IMG/VR virus record: IMGVR_UViG_3300031673_000018
DNA length: 64,000 nucleotides
Source of the DNA: an uncultured virus (IMG/VR IMGVR_UViG_3300031673_000018)
Taxonomy: Duplodnaviria > Heunggongvirae > Uroviricota > Caudoviricetes
Strand: one strand, 5' to 3'
Under the pieces are notes generated by a model. The model had not been told where the DNA came from, did not search any database, and saw nothing but the letters and a program-made list of their open reading frames with translations. This document shows positions 44,733-54,509 of the stretch, piece by piece (the first letter of the stretch is position 1; every line of letters starts with the position of its first letter). Position numbers and translations under genes: made by a program.

Positions 44733-46384
44733 ACCATTGCCTCCAGCTTTCTTGCTATGATCAGGTCGTATCTGGCTTTGCTGTTTAACCTTCTAAGTAC
44801 ATTTTTCCTGAATACAGGGTGGACTTCATCATAACATAATTCACAGCTTTCAGTTGGTTTGATATAGACTTCTCTGCATGATCCGCATTGATACAGTAGT
44901 TGATCAGAGTATTCAGCCATACGTTGCCGCTTTTCCTCTGATAGATGCTTGTATTTTTGTATGGTTCGTGCCGCGAATTCAGCAGGATCATATCGATATA
45001 CCTCACCTTCTTTCTTCGCTAATCCATATTCTACGAGGTTATTCAGGGAATCTTCAGCTTTATTCTTATACATCCTCAGGTCATACGTGATGTCTTCAAC
45101 CGTCATCGGTTGCTCTAATATGCTTCCTAGTATGATGTTCTCAGGGTTGCCGTAACTTCTTATAGCTTCATAGATTACTGGATCCTCATCTGCCTCTAAT
45201 CTAACATAGATTCTTGCTTTATGCTGAGGCTGTAAGTTGAAGTTCTCTTTTATAAATTTAATATCATCAAGTTTTGTGATGATCAGATTGTAGTTGAATC
45301 TATTTTTACCGGTTGACTCGGCTTTATTTAATCCTGGTATGACGCCTTGTCTTGTGAACCATAGATGCATTTGTTGCATGAATGTCTTGATATGTTTTTC
45401 AGTATATCCTATTCCTAAGATTCTTACCTCGAGGACTGGAATAGACCGTTTAGTGATCTGTGATGCTACCTGGAGTGATGTTTGGCACTTACCTGTTGAC
45501 ATATAGCCATCTATGAATTGCTGCATATAGTTATCGTTGTTGAGGATCCAACTGGGAATGACTGGTTTGTAACCAGACGCTGCGAGTAGGAGTTCTTTTC
45601 TGTCATCGACTTCGAAGACATCATCAGGCAACCCAAATTTCTTCAGGATAACATACTCAGGCCACCCGAATACAATCTGGTCTCGTATCCCAACGCCTAT
45701 GTTGCCTTTTCCACTCCCTCTGAATTTCTCGGTTACTTGATAGTTCACCGCATGTAATCCGATGCTATTGGAATTGCTGAGGAATCTAGGTATCAGAGGA
45801 TCTTGAACCCTTATCCTAATGTAGATACTGTTATAGCCGCCTTTCTTGCTATGTGGACCTTCTCTTTCCATGTAGAACATGTTGCCTGCCCCAAAGTAAA
45901 AGCCAAAGAGCCAAGCCCATTCCTTGTTGGCGATTATGGGTAGTTGTTTTACTTTGACTTCTCTCACGTTATCAGAGAATTTGCCGACTCTAAAACCCGT
46001 TATAGCTTTATTCAGGTTGGCATCGTCAATCTCTATTCCCTCCCTAAGGACAGAGATATCGGATTTTTCTATCCATGAGCCAGTGTCAACGTATCTTCTT
46101 GGATCATCTTTTGCATAATGATAATCCTTCCATCGATGCCTTCCCCATAGCTTTTCGAATAAGCTATGCCTCCGTTTGTAGCCATCGACTTCTTCTTCAG
46201 TCATCTTATCCAAGGTTCTCTTATGTAGTTCTCCTGCTTCCCAATGTCTTGCAATCCGCTTCCTGCTTAGATCATATTTGTATGGTCGGTTAAGTTGATC
46301 AAGCTCATTAACAAATGCGTCATTGAGCTTTATCCACCAGCCATCTGGAATGTCAGCTAATGTAAATTCCGGTACTGTTGTCAA
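44729..46384 (-). CDS. Free-standing LAGLIDADG-fold protein with winged helix and Zn ribbon
   Basis: AWLFGFYFGAG and IPSWIL..QFIDGYMSTG helices; C-terminal wHTH and CGSC/CELC. Confidence 0.65.
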   Translation of the reverse strand: MTTVPEFTLADIPDGWWIKLNDAFVNELDQLNRPYKYDLSRKRIARHWEAGELHKRTLDKMTEEEVDGYKRRHSLFEKLWGRHRWKDYHYAKDDPRRYVDTGSWIEKSDISVLREGIEIDDANLNKAITGFRVGKFSDNVREVKVKQLPIIANKEWAWLFGFYFGAGNMFYMEREGPHSKKGGYNSIYIRIRVQDPLIPRFLSNSNSIGLHAVNYQVTEKFRGSGKGNIGVGIRDQIVFGWPEYVILKKFGLPDDVFEVDDRKELLLAASGYKPVIPSWILNNDNYMQQFIDGYMSTGKCQTSLQVASQITKRSIPVLEVRILGIGYTEKHIKTFMQQMHLWFTRQGVIPGLNKAESTGKNRFNYNLIITKLDDIKFIKENFNLQPQHKARIYVRLEADEDPVIYEAIRSYGNPENIILGSILEQPMTVEDITYDLRMYKNKAEDSLNNLVEYGLAKKEGEVYRYDPAEFAARTIQKYKHLSEEKRQRMAEYSDQLLYQCGSCREVYIKPTESCELCYDEVHPVFRKNVLRRLNSKARYDLIIARKLEAMV

Positions 46385-46389
46385 TTGTT

Positions 46390-46429
46390 CTCACCTACGC
46401 ATTCACGGTGAGCCCGGTCTTGCACCGGG
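46390..46429 (-). ncRNA. Two-hairpin leader element, copy E
   Basis: CCCGG-UGCAAGA-CCGGG + CUCACC-GUGAAUGCGUA-GGUGAG. Confidence 0.8.
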
Positions 46430-46484
46430 ATTAACCTATTGACTTTTTGGTTTCTTAAGTTCTAATATTGCTGTCTTCCGTCTG

Positions 46485-47486
46485 TCATGCCTTCACCCCC
46501 GCCAGTAGATCCTTGATGCTCAGCTGCTGCTTCACAGCCTTGATGGAGCGTTGGTGGTGGATCATGTTGTTTCCCTGTTGGTCCTTCAGCATAGAAGGGA
46601 ATCTAAAGATACCGTTTTTGGTTGTCTCGTAGAACTTGACCGTTACCTCGAGATCCAGTTTGACCGGCGTATAGGGCTGCTCCGCGTCGACGGGCTTAAT
46701 CTCTACTTCGGATGATTCGAGCTGCTTGTAGATATGCTTCACCTCAGCATTGTTGAACCCGGTTCCGACCTTGCCGGCATACTGAAGCACGCCATCATCG
46801 TTAGGCTTTGCCAGTATGAGGCTTCCGAAATAGTTTGCGCGTGTACCTGTTCCCTCTGTATATCCGACGACTAGGCATCGTTCACTGTACCATTTCTTGA
46901 CCTTCAGCCAGATGTCGCTTCTCTTTCGCACATAGGGGCTTCCGAATCGTTTCAGAATGACGCCCTCCTCCCCGCGGAGAGTTACCTCCTCGAAGAATCC
47001 ACGTCTATCCTCAGTGTGTGGAAGATATTGAATGGCTTCTTGAGTCGAGTCTTCCAGAAGTCCTTGGAGAAGTTCTTTGCGTTGTTCCCATGGCATCCTG
47101 GTGATGTCTTTTCCGTCGAGTTCGGTGAGGTCGAAGGCTAGAAGCACTACGGGATACTTTGCCTTTAGGAGCATCTGTTTCGCAGGATCCTCTGTCCTGC
47201 ATCTCCGCTGACTCCCCTCGAACCATGTGCGTCCGGCTTCATCAAAGACGACGGCTTCACCTACTACCTCGAAGCTGCCTGATAAAGCGTTAGCTGCATC
47301 CGTTACTTCAGTCAGTCTGTTAGTGTATTCGGGGGTCCCTGAATCCTTAGGACGCCCGAAGATCCTGCTCACCTCATCCTTGGTAACTCTGACGTGTGTT
47401 CCATCAGCTTTCAGCTCAGCTGCATACCCTGGGTCGTCTAGTTTATTTTCGTCTGCGCTTTCGCATAGCATTAATTCTTTAGTCAT
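46485..47486 (-). CDS. ATP-dependent DNA ligase (compact, LigD/LigC-ligase-domain-like)
   Basis: ELKADG, GEAVV, AFDL, EGVILK, WLKVKK, GKVGTGF, FRFP. Confidence 0.95.
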   Translation of the reverse strand: MTKELMLCESADENKLDDPGYAAELKADGTHVRVTKDEVSRIFGRPKDSGTPEYTNRLTEVTDAANALSGSFEVVGEAVVFDEAGRTWFEGSQRRCRTEDPAKQMLLKAKYPVVLLAFDLTELDGKDITRMPWEQRKELLQGLLEDSTQEAIQYLPHTEDRRGFFEEVTLRGEEGVILKRFGSPYVRKRSDIWLKVKKWYSERCLVVGYTEGTGTRANYFGSLILAKPNDDGVLQYAGKVGTGFNNAEVKHIYKQLESSEVEIKPVDAEQPYTPVKLDLEVTVKFYETTKNGIFRFPSMLKDQQGNNMIHHQRSIKAVKQQLSIKDLLAGVKA

Positions 47487-47490
47487 TTTT

Positions 47491-47534
47491 CCTCTGCTCG
47501 CATGTTTAGGCCAGAGGTCAGGTAGTGAACCTGA
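47491..47534 (-). ncRNA. Two-hairpin leader element, copy F (upstream of ligase)
   Basis: UCAGG-UUCACUA-CCUGA + CCUCUG-GCCUAAACAUGCGAG-CAGAGG (double compensatory change). Confidence 0.85.
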
Positions 47535-48073
47535 ATCGAACTAGGGTATCACATTGTATGATGTCCATAGTTGCCATACTTCCTCCGGGTAGCCCTCCTT
47601 CTGGGGCCTCACCGTGATTTTCCAGACGTTATTGACATGGCCGCTGTATTCATCTGAACCTGAGAAGGATCCTAGTGTGGCGCCGTCTTTCGTCAAGATC
47701 TCCACGCTCCCAGTGAACATCTGGATATAGACGATCTTGGCCTCCTTCCACCTGCGCCTCCACTCCTTCTGGATGTGGCTGGCTGCCATAATCTTCACAT
47801 TCTTGTAGTCCTCCCTGATCCTCTGAACCTTTTCTATATCATCGGCGGATAGTGTCATATCGGCGGGGTTGACTACGATCGTTACAGGTTCACCCTCCCA
47901 CAATATCTCAGTCATTTCATCACTCCATGTATCTCTATGAGCCTGAGATCCCCGACTACTCCTTGCTTCATGTAGATCTCGTCGGGGTTGTCCCAGATTG
48001 CCCGTATCTTTTCCTCTGTGTCCTGGTATAGTATTCCAGCGTCGTCTAGGATTGCCCATTGGTGGTCAGACAT

Positions 48074-48436
48074 TTATTCACCCATTGGTTCCATCAGGAG
48101 TTTTCCATCTCCATCAACATACAACGTCTGCATATCGGCGGCTTCGTTGTCCTCGTAGTCCTTAACGGATGAACCTGGGGCCGTGAAGATGCCGGCGACG
48201 CTGGCGTATTCAGAGTAGAAAACCGCTTGAAGAGTTAGTGTTACTCTTGGGAAGGGTGTTGAGTGGCCACCCTTAACGAGTTGGCCGTCTTTAACGCTGC
48301 TCCTGTGTTTCTCTAGTTTCTCTATCAGCTCATCGATGTTGAGTATATGGACGTTGCTTAGGTTAATTCCTACCATCATAGCTATTCCTCGTTGTTCGAA
48401 ACCCGGTTGCACAGGTCTTGGATCTCCGTGATCCAT
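48074..48436 (-). CDS. Hypothetical protein (start probably about 48379)
   Basis: ORF in the minus-strand cluster. Confidence 0.5.
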   Translation of the reverse strand: MDHGDPRPVQPGFEQRGIAMMVGINLSNVHILNIDELIEKLEKHRSSVKDGQLVKGGHSTPFPRVTLTLQAVFYSEYASVAGIFTAPGSSVKDYEDNEAADMQTLYVDGDGKLLMEPMGE

Positions 48437-48701
48437 ATGCTTCGGGTGGATGATAGCATGTCCTTCAGTTTGGATTTAAGTAGGTATTTGAAATCGTCAA
48501 GAGCCTGCCTATCTATCTGGGAAAGCCGGTGTCTCCTCTTCTTTTTCGGTTCCGGTTCCTCTTCTTCTGGGCACTGGGCATGCATATAGAAGTGGTCGCC
48601 TACCTCGAGATCACCGTCTTCAGTTACCGTGCCTGAGGCCGAGTGAACAATATCTTCTCCTGGGAGAAGGGGACGTCCACATTCTTCACAGTCCATATCC
48701 G

Positions 48702-49214
48702 TCATTGTGGGGCCTCTGTATGGAACCCGCAGGGGCATACATAGTAGGCCGTGAATGGCTCTCCCTTCGGCTCTACGAGATCCAGTTTACCGCCGCAGTT
48801 TGGACAAATATTTGCCTCGAAGATATGTCCACAGTTATCGCAATGGAACTTTCCTTCGGAGACTTCGGTGGCCTGATGTTTTACGGTTATCGTTGAGCAT
48901 TTGTAGCAGCTTGTGGTTCTGGTGAGCCCGGTGTCTACGCAGAACTTTCCGATGATGGTTCCCCACGACGCTGGAATACTATACCAGGTTGTGGTCAGCA
49001 GATAGTGTGCGAGGTATCCTGAATCGTAGAGATACTGGAGGAGTTCCTCGCCGACGTCCTCGACGATTCCCTTAACTAAGGATCTCTCATCGGTGATGGT
49101 GTAATCTACCAGCGATAGGCCCTTGGTGTGCTCTGTCTGTATGCCTTCGCATTTCCAGTCTGCATTTGCTTCATAGAATTGGGTCATTACTTTCTGTATC
49201 AATTCTTTATCCAT
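48702..49214 (-). CDS. Hypothetical multi-Zn-ribbon protein
   Basis: CYKC, CDNC, CPNC, CPC motifs. Confidence 0.65.
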   Translation of the reverse strand: MDKELIQKVMTQFYEANADWKCEGIQTEHTKGLSLVDYTITDERSLVKGIVEDVGEELLQYLYDSGYLAHYLLTTTWYSIPASWGTIIGKFCVDTGLTRTTSCYKCSTITVKHQATEVSEGKFHCDNCGHIFEANICPNCGGKLDLVEPKGEPFTAYYVCPCGFHTEAPQ

Positions 49215-49221
49215 TTGTTTT

Positions 49222-49265
49222 CACCTGCTCGCATGTTTAGGCCAGGCGTTCAGTAGTTAGCTGAG
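49222..49265 (-). ncRNA. Two-hairpin leader element, copy G
   Basis: UCAG-CUAACUA-CUGA + CGCCUG-GCCUAAACAUGCGAG-CAGGUG (G-U pair). Confidence 0.85.
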
Positions 49266-49354
49266 AAAAAATGGAGGTTAGCGTTTGAAGTTCGGGTGCT
49301 TGATGTCGTAATCATAAGCCGCATCTGTCGCATTTCATTTTGTTTCCTCGTAGG

Positions 49355-50335
49355 CTAAGCGGCCGCTGTCTTCAGCATCTCGGCGAAGCTCTCCATCACG
49401 AGGGGCTTCTGCTCCCTCATGACTGTTAACGGGACTTCTCCTGGTGCTGGCACAGCCATGGGTTTCGCGTATTTCATGATGGTCCTTGTTAGTTTCATCA
49501 GGAAAACGAACTTGTCTTCGCCGCCGGATTGGATCCTCTCCGGGACTATGAGAGCATGATATTGTTTCGTGGTGCCTGATTGGGCGATGTAGCCTTGCCT
49601 GACGATCATGGCCTCCTCGAATGTTACTATGGGGTTGCCTTCGTCGTCTAGCTTTACTTTGCCCTTGTCGTCTTTGACCGGGAATGGGTACTCGTCAAGT
49701 TTCTGGGCGAGCCTCCATAAATCGAACCGGCTTGCATCGTCCTTGGCTGTTAGCTGGTATACGCTGTCCGGCAACCACATGTCGTAGTAGATCCGGGGCC
49801 AGATACAGAGCCCTGTTTCATCCTTCTCCTCGATTACGTGCGTCATCTCGAGGTAGGGGAATTCTTCTAGGAGTTCTTTACCTGCTTCGTTGACCCCTGC
49901 GACTCGGTATTTGTAGACGTCCTCTGACTCGACTTTGTTTCCCTTTCTGTCGAGATACCCTCGCGTATAGGTGTCCAGCGGGATGGTTACTAGCATCTGT
50001 AGTGCTGCGGACATCAATGTGTTGAACTTGCTGTTGGCTAAATCTTCGTCGCTATCCTTGTAGATGTGGGTCGCCTCGAAGCCGTTATCCTTGAAAAGTG
50101 ACACCAGTTTGCTCACGGTGTCTGGTCTGTAGACGGGCCATGGTGCGCTCTGAATTAGTTCTATGGGGCGTTTGCTTCCCTCTTCTGGGGGTGCTTTGCC
50201 GTATCGTATGATGGGTTGCGGTGTGATGTTCTCTGCAGATAGTTTCTTCTTGCTTAGCGATATGTACTTGCCTTCCTCTGTCTTGAGCCATAGACCTTTT
50301 GATAAGTCTAGCTTGTTACTTCTTTTTTTTGGCAC
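49355..50335 (-). CDS. Possible divergent Ku-like DNA end-binding protein
   Basis: GNKVESEDVYKY, IWPRIYYD..DSVYQL, LWRLAQKL, YHALIVP and FLMKL follow the order of prokaryotic Ku core motifs; GTG start at 50335 fits SD spacing. Confidence 0.4.
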   Translation of the reverse strand: MPKKRSNKLDLSKGLWLKTEEGKYISLSKKKLSAENITPQPIIRYGKAPPEEGSKRPIELIQSAPWPVYRPDTVSKLVSLFKDNGFEATHIYKDSDEDLANSKFNTLMSAALQMLVTIPLDTYTRGYLDRKGNKVESEDVYKYRVAGVNEAGKELLEEFPYLEMTHVIEEKDETGLCIWPRIYYDMWLPDSVYQLTAKDDASRFDLWRLAQKLDEYPFPVKDDKGKVKLDDEGNPIVTFEEAMIVRQGYIAQSGTTKQYHALIVPERIQSGGEDKFVFLMKLTRTIMKYAKPMAVPAPGEVPLTVMREQKPLVMESFAEMLKTAAA

Positions 50336-50341
50336 AGTTTT

Positions 50342-50385
50342 CACCTGTTCGCATTTTTAGGCCAAGTGCTCAGTTGTGAACTGAG
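50342..50385 (-). ncRNA. Two-hairpin leader element, copy H
   Basis: CUCAG-UUCACAA-CUGAG + CACUUG-GCCUAAAAAUGCGAA-CAGGUG (U-G pair). Confidence 0.85.
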
Positions 50386-51056
50386 TTCGCTGTGTTTCAT
50401 TATGGATACCCCGTATCGGTTATCTCGAACCAGGGGCAATCCTTCCGTTTGCACTCTGGGTCTTGACCGTCACAATTATCTGGATAATCAGGACAAGTCC
50501 ATTTAGTTTGCTTCTTAATGGTTAACATGTCCCTCGACCATCATTTTCTGCTATATTGAGTACTTCGTCGATCATACAACTTATGTTCAAAGTTACGGTC
50601 GGATCATCAATGAATATCTCGTATTTTTCAGCGAAATCGTTAAGCTCACACACTCTATCTTTGATCACCCATAAACGATCTAAGAAAGACTTGATTGCTT
50701 TTTCTCGTGTAAGTTTAGGCATTTATTCTGATCTCCTAAGTTTGGTTTCTCTTACGGATTCTTCAACAAGTTCCATTATACACTGTCCACAGAGCCAACC
50801 GACAACAGTGAATATTGACTCTCCAATTTTCCCGCATCTTTTACATGGGATTGTCGTGGAATATAGTGGATCACTCATGTTGACCGCTTCCTGTGTTTGA
50901 TAATGGATAGAAATTCAAGTTCACCTGTTTCTCTATGAGAACCTGTTTCCTCACCAGCCCAAGCGAGATGTTCAAAATCTGTGTTGAGGTAGGGCTTCAA
51001 ATAGATGTTTGTTTCATCTTGCCAAAGTTCACCTTGTAGGCAACAACCAATGAAGA

Positions 51057-51491
51057 TCATGCTTTGTCCTCCGACCCGAGTTTATCTGAGGCTATGGACG
51101 GATTCACAATTTGTTTTTCACAGGCCCACCCATCTCCCACGTCGTCATTATCGCAAATTAGATAATATCCATCTGAAACAAACCCTAATTCATCTGGATC
51201 AACATATCGGCCCCCGCAATCGCATCGAAGGGGGTCATTCTCTAAATCTTTAAGGAGTTTGTGTCTCATCAACTGCATTATTATAGTCATAATGGGCAGG
51301 GATTGAGTGGATGCCCAGATAATGTTTTTATGAGTTGGAGTTAAATTAGAAGGCAAAAATATAATCGAAAATCCTAAAAGACAGCCTAAGCCCAACATGA
51401 CAAAATCCAGTCGCTTTCTCTTAATATACCAAATTGGGTATTCATACAAAGTATAATCAAGACTATCTCTGGGTGATCTAAATACTTTCAT
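51057..51491 (-). CDS. Two-TM membrane protein with Cys-rich tail
   Basis: Hydrophobic segments; CDC..C..C. Confidence 0.55.
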   Translation of the reverse strand: MKVFRSPRDSLDYTLYEYPIWYIKRKRLDFVMLGLGCLLGFSIIFLPSNLTPTHKNIIWASTQSLPIMTIIMQLMRHKLLKDLENDPLRCDCGGRYVDPDELGFVSDGYYLICDNDDVGDGWACEKQIVNPSIASDKLGSEDKA

Positions 51492-51996
51492 TTTTCTGGT
51501 CTCCTAAGTTCTTTAGATTAAATGGTAAGTAATGCCTGTTCTTGTTCTGGGGTGCGTTTGGTTTCAGCTATATGTTGCGCTAGATGTCCCATCATTACTG
51601 CCATCCCACCTACTTGAGAGGGGTCCCCGTGGTCTAGCTTCACCCCTTTCCTCAAGTGATCGGTCCACCATTTAGCAGCTACTTTAGCCATCCGTTTATC
51701 CATTATGACCCTCCACCGTGGTATTTTTGGTGAATTTCAAGAAGCTGTTTTCGAGTTAACTTTCTTAACCAGTGATGAATGTTTGATCCCCACCATTCAA
51801 TTCCTTCCTTTTTAGCTTGGTTCTCGTGGGCGTAACTCATGTGGTAGAGGATTTCAACCTTCACGGTTTTAGCGTTCGGCTCCCACTCAGGGAATCTAGA
51901 ATCTCTTTCAAATTCTATATCCATTTGAACCACTTAGGTATAGACTGTGGTATATATATTAAGGTTCCATAGCTTGAAACAAAAAAGGTGGTTGGT

Positions 51997-53388
51997 TTAG
52001 TTTCTGCGCCTGTATAGTACATAAACACCAGCAGCAATGATGACCAATACCAGTACCCCGATCCACACCGGGAATCCGTCTTCTTCAGCCGTCACAGTGA
52101 AGCCGCCCGTGAGTCCATCAACATTTACGGTATGCTCCCCGGGGGCTTCAATCACATTTACGGTGACCGTTGCGGATGCTCCACCTTCTAGAGTTGTTTC
52201 CATGGATGGTCCCTCGGGCCTATCTCCGTCTACAGTTATTTCTAGGGTGTGGATGCCCGGAGTCTCACCTATGTTCGTTATAGTGACACTGACCGTGACT
52301 TCCTCTCCCTCTTGGACTTCGGAAGGTGAGACCATGAGGTTTGAGATAATAAACTCCGCTGGCTCCGGTGGCGGTGTAATGAACACCGTGAAGCTTCCCG
52401 TCATTCCGTCGACTGTTACCCAATAGGTTCCTTCGGCCTCGGGTGTCAAGGTTTGTGATACCGTCTTTGCCTCATAGGCTTCCAGTTCGACTTCCTCTAG
52501 CAGTGTGAGTTCTTCTATCCGCATTGTGACTATGTATGTAATGGATTGGCTGTCGATGTTTTCAACAAGTAACTGTATCGTGACTTCTTCTCCAAGCTCA
52601 ATTTCCTCTGGTGTTATAATGAGGTTGGATAGTATCGGCGGCAACGGTGGAATAATCAGCGGCTCAGTTTCCTCGATTACCGTGACAACGCAGCTATCGG
52701 ATGCCTCTGCATTCCTCCAGTCCTTCACCGTAAGGGTGACAGTGTAGTTACCCGGCATCGAGTATGTGTGTGAAGTCGTCTCACCGGAGGTCGTCTCTCC
52801 GTCGCCGAAGTTCCAGCTCCAGCTCCTGATCGTGCCGTCAGGATCGTAGCTTCCCGAGCCATCGAAGAAAACAGTTTCGTCAATGTAAACTGTCTGATTC
52901 ATTCCTGCGTCTGCTTTTGGCTTCTTGTTCGAGTATCCGCCAGCTCCTGATGGAGTTGGTTCAGGCTCGATCTCCTCTCCAAACAGACCGATATCTAGTT
53001 CATAGGTTCCTGGCATGAGGTTGATTGCAGTCCTTATGATGGTGATGAGTTCATTATGAGAGCTATCGTCTACGGATCCCCCTGTTGTGAAGGAGCCAGC
53101 CACGTCCATGTTGGTTGCAATGCTAACGCCATTCAACCACATGTCAACGAAGACCTCGTTGGGCCCAATAGAATAATCTGAGGTGACAATCATTTCTACA
53201 ATAAGGTCAATGGATTGCTTTGCAGTGTTGTCGAACTCGATGATCATCTCATAAGAGTTCCCTGCTACCATATTCTCAGACAGGTTCTTGGTGATCACCA
53301 TGTTCTCTATTGGATACGCATGGGCTCCTGGGATCATGATAATTGCCATCAGCACTATAAGTGCGAATGTGCATGTCTTCCTATTCAT
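51997..53388 (-). CDS. Exported cell-surface protein with PKD and two CARDB-like domains and a C-terminal TM anchor
   Basis: Signal peptide; P.ADAG..FDGSGSYDPDG.I..WSWNFGDG..HTY..PGNYTVTLTV; VTVSVTITNIG; TM helix then YRRRN. Confidence 0.9.
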   Translation of the reverse strand: MNRKTCTFALIVLMAIIMIPGAHAYPIENMVITKNLSENMVAGNSYEMIIEFDNTAKQSIDLIVEMIVTSDYSIGPNEVFVDMWLNGVSIATNMDVAGSFTTGGSVDDSSHNELITIIRTAINLMPGTYELDIGLFGEEIEPEPTPSGAGGYSNKKPKADAGMNQTVYIDETVFFDGSGSYDPDGTIRSWSWNFGDGETTSGETTSHTYSMPGNYTVTLTVKDWRNAEASDSCVVTVIEETEPLIIPPLPPILSNLIITPEEIELGEEVTIQLLVENIDSQSITYIVTMRIEELTLLEEVELEAYEAKTVSQTLTPEAEGTYWVTVDGMTGSFTVFITPPPEPAEFIISNLMVSPSEVQEGEEVTVSVTITNIGETPGIHTLEITVDGDRPEGPSMETTLEGGASATVTVNVIEAPGEHTVNVDGLTGGFTVTAEEDGFPVWIGVLVLVIIAAGVYVLYRRRN

Positions 53389-53474
53389 CTTTTTATTTTC
53401 CTCCTTTCTGATTTCGACCCGTCTCAGGGTCTTCTCAAGGGGCTATGCCCCGATTCAAAAAATTGGATTAGCCC

Positions 53475-54347
53475 TTAAGGGCTAGGAACTACTAACGTAG
53501 TTATTGTGTAAGTGTTCGGTATAAGAGCAACATCGAACTCGTAGCAAACTAAGAAACCCATTTTTGATTCTGCTGAAACCCAGAAGGGTGCAGTCAATGG
53601 TTCTAAAAGTGTTGCTACAAATTGTGGGACTTCATAACCGCTGCCGGTTTCACCGGAATTTATCCAAACCTGTGAGCCATCGTAGTTTGCATAGCCATGC
53701 CAGAGGAATGATTCGACACATCCAAGAGCACTTTTCTTGATGCTTACTGTCAGTACACTGTCGATTGCTGATGTCTCAACCCAATCTTCGTAGGTGCCTC
53801 CAATGTATTCTGCAAACTTTACCTCAACTCCAACGTCTGGGGCATAGTACCAACCATCATGTGAGCCATCGTCAAAGGTGGTTATACTGAAGCCATTTGG
53901 ATAGTCTATTGCTACAGTCATTTTGGGTGTATGAGTAGGTTCATCTGCGTATGTGTAAGTCCATGTTAGCCATTCACCATCGTCTGCAACTTCTACTTCT
54001 ACATTATTAATGGTGGCCGAGTATTCGTAGTCAATGGGCGTATAGTAACTTGTTGTGATACCTACTCCATCCGGACTGTAACTCGTTTGTAAAAATACTT
54101 GTGCGTCGACCTCAGCTCTATTCTTTAGAGTATAAGGTGAACACTCAGTGCTGCCTGCAATAATATCAAAGACATCTGTTGCACTTGTAGAATCGTCATC
54201 AAAAACCACGGACTGTGAAACCGTGGCTGTTGCTGTTATGGATACGTAGTAAGTTAGAAGTGCTGCGCTTGCGCCTATGGTCAGTAGCCCGACTAGCACT
54301 ATTGCTATTAGAGGTATACTTTTCCCGAACATTTTTACATTTTTCAT
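53475..54347 (-). CDS. Exported/surface protein with N-terminal signal peptide
   Basis: MKNVKMFGKSIPLIAIVLVGLLTIGASAALL; AAGGAG RBS before ATG 54347. Confidence 0.7.
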   Translation of the reverse strand: MKNVKMFGKSIPLIAIVLVGLLTIGASAALLTYYVSITATATVSQSVVFDDDSTSATDVFDIIAGSTECSPYTLKNRAEVDAQVFLQTSYSPDGVGITTSYYTPIDYEYSATINNVEVEVADDGEWLTWTYTYADEPTHTPKMTVAIDYPNGFSITTFDDGSHDGWYYAPDVGVEVKFAEYIGGTYEDWVETSAIDSVLTVSIKKSALGCVESFLWHGYANYDGSQVWINSGETGSGYEVPQFVATLLEPLTAPFWVSAESKMGFLVCYEFDVALIPNTYTITTLVVPSP

Positions 54348-54509
54348 TTTTTTTCTTTCTCCTTTTACCATTTCACCGGGAGCTTTAACCCACCGGTATG
54401 GAAGGTCTCCATGGCACTTCGCGCCTTTCGGCCAGGCAGCTCCCGCCTCCACGCCATTAGGCATGGTTTAGGTATATACTTTAGTATATAAACTGTTGTA
54501 TATTAAAAT

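Noticed and set aside
44729..46384. Intein or intron-encoded homing endonuclease
   Set aside because: No splice-junction motifs or interrupted host gene; catalytic acidic residues are missing
53410..53455. TPP riboswitch (UGAGA, ACCC)
   Set aside because: The pyrophosphate-sensing half is absent and the downstream gene is unrelated to thiamine
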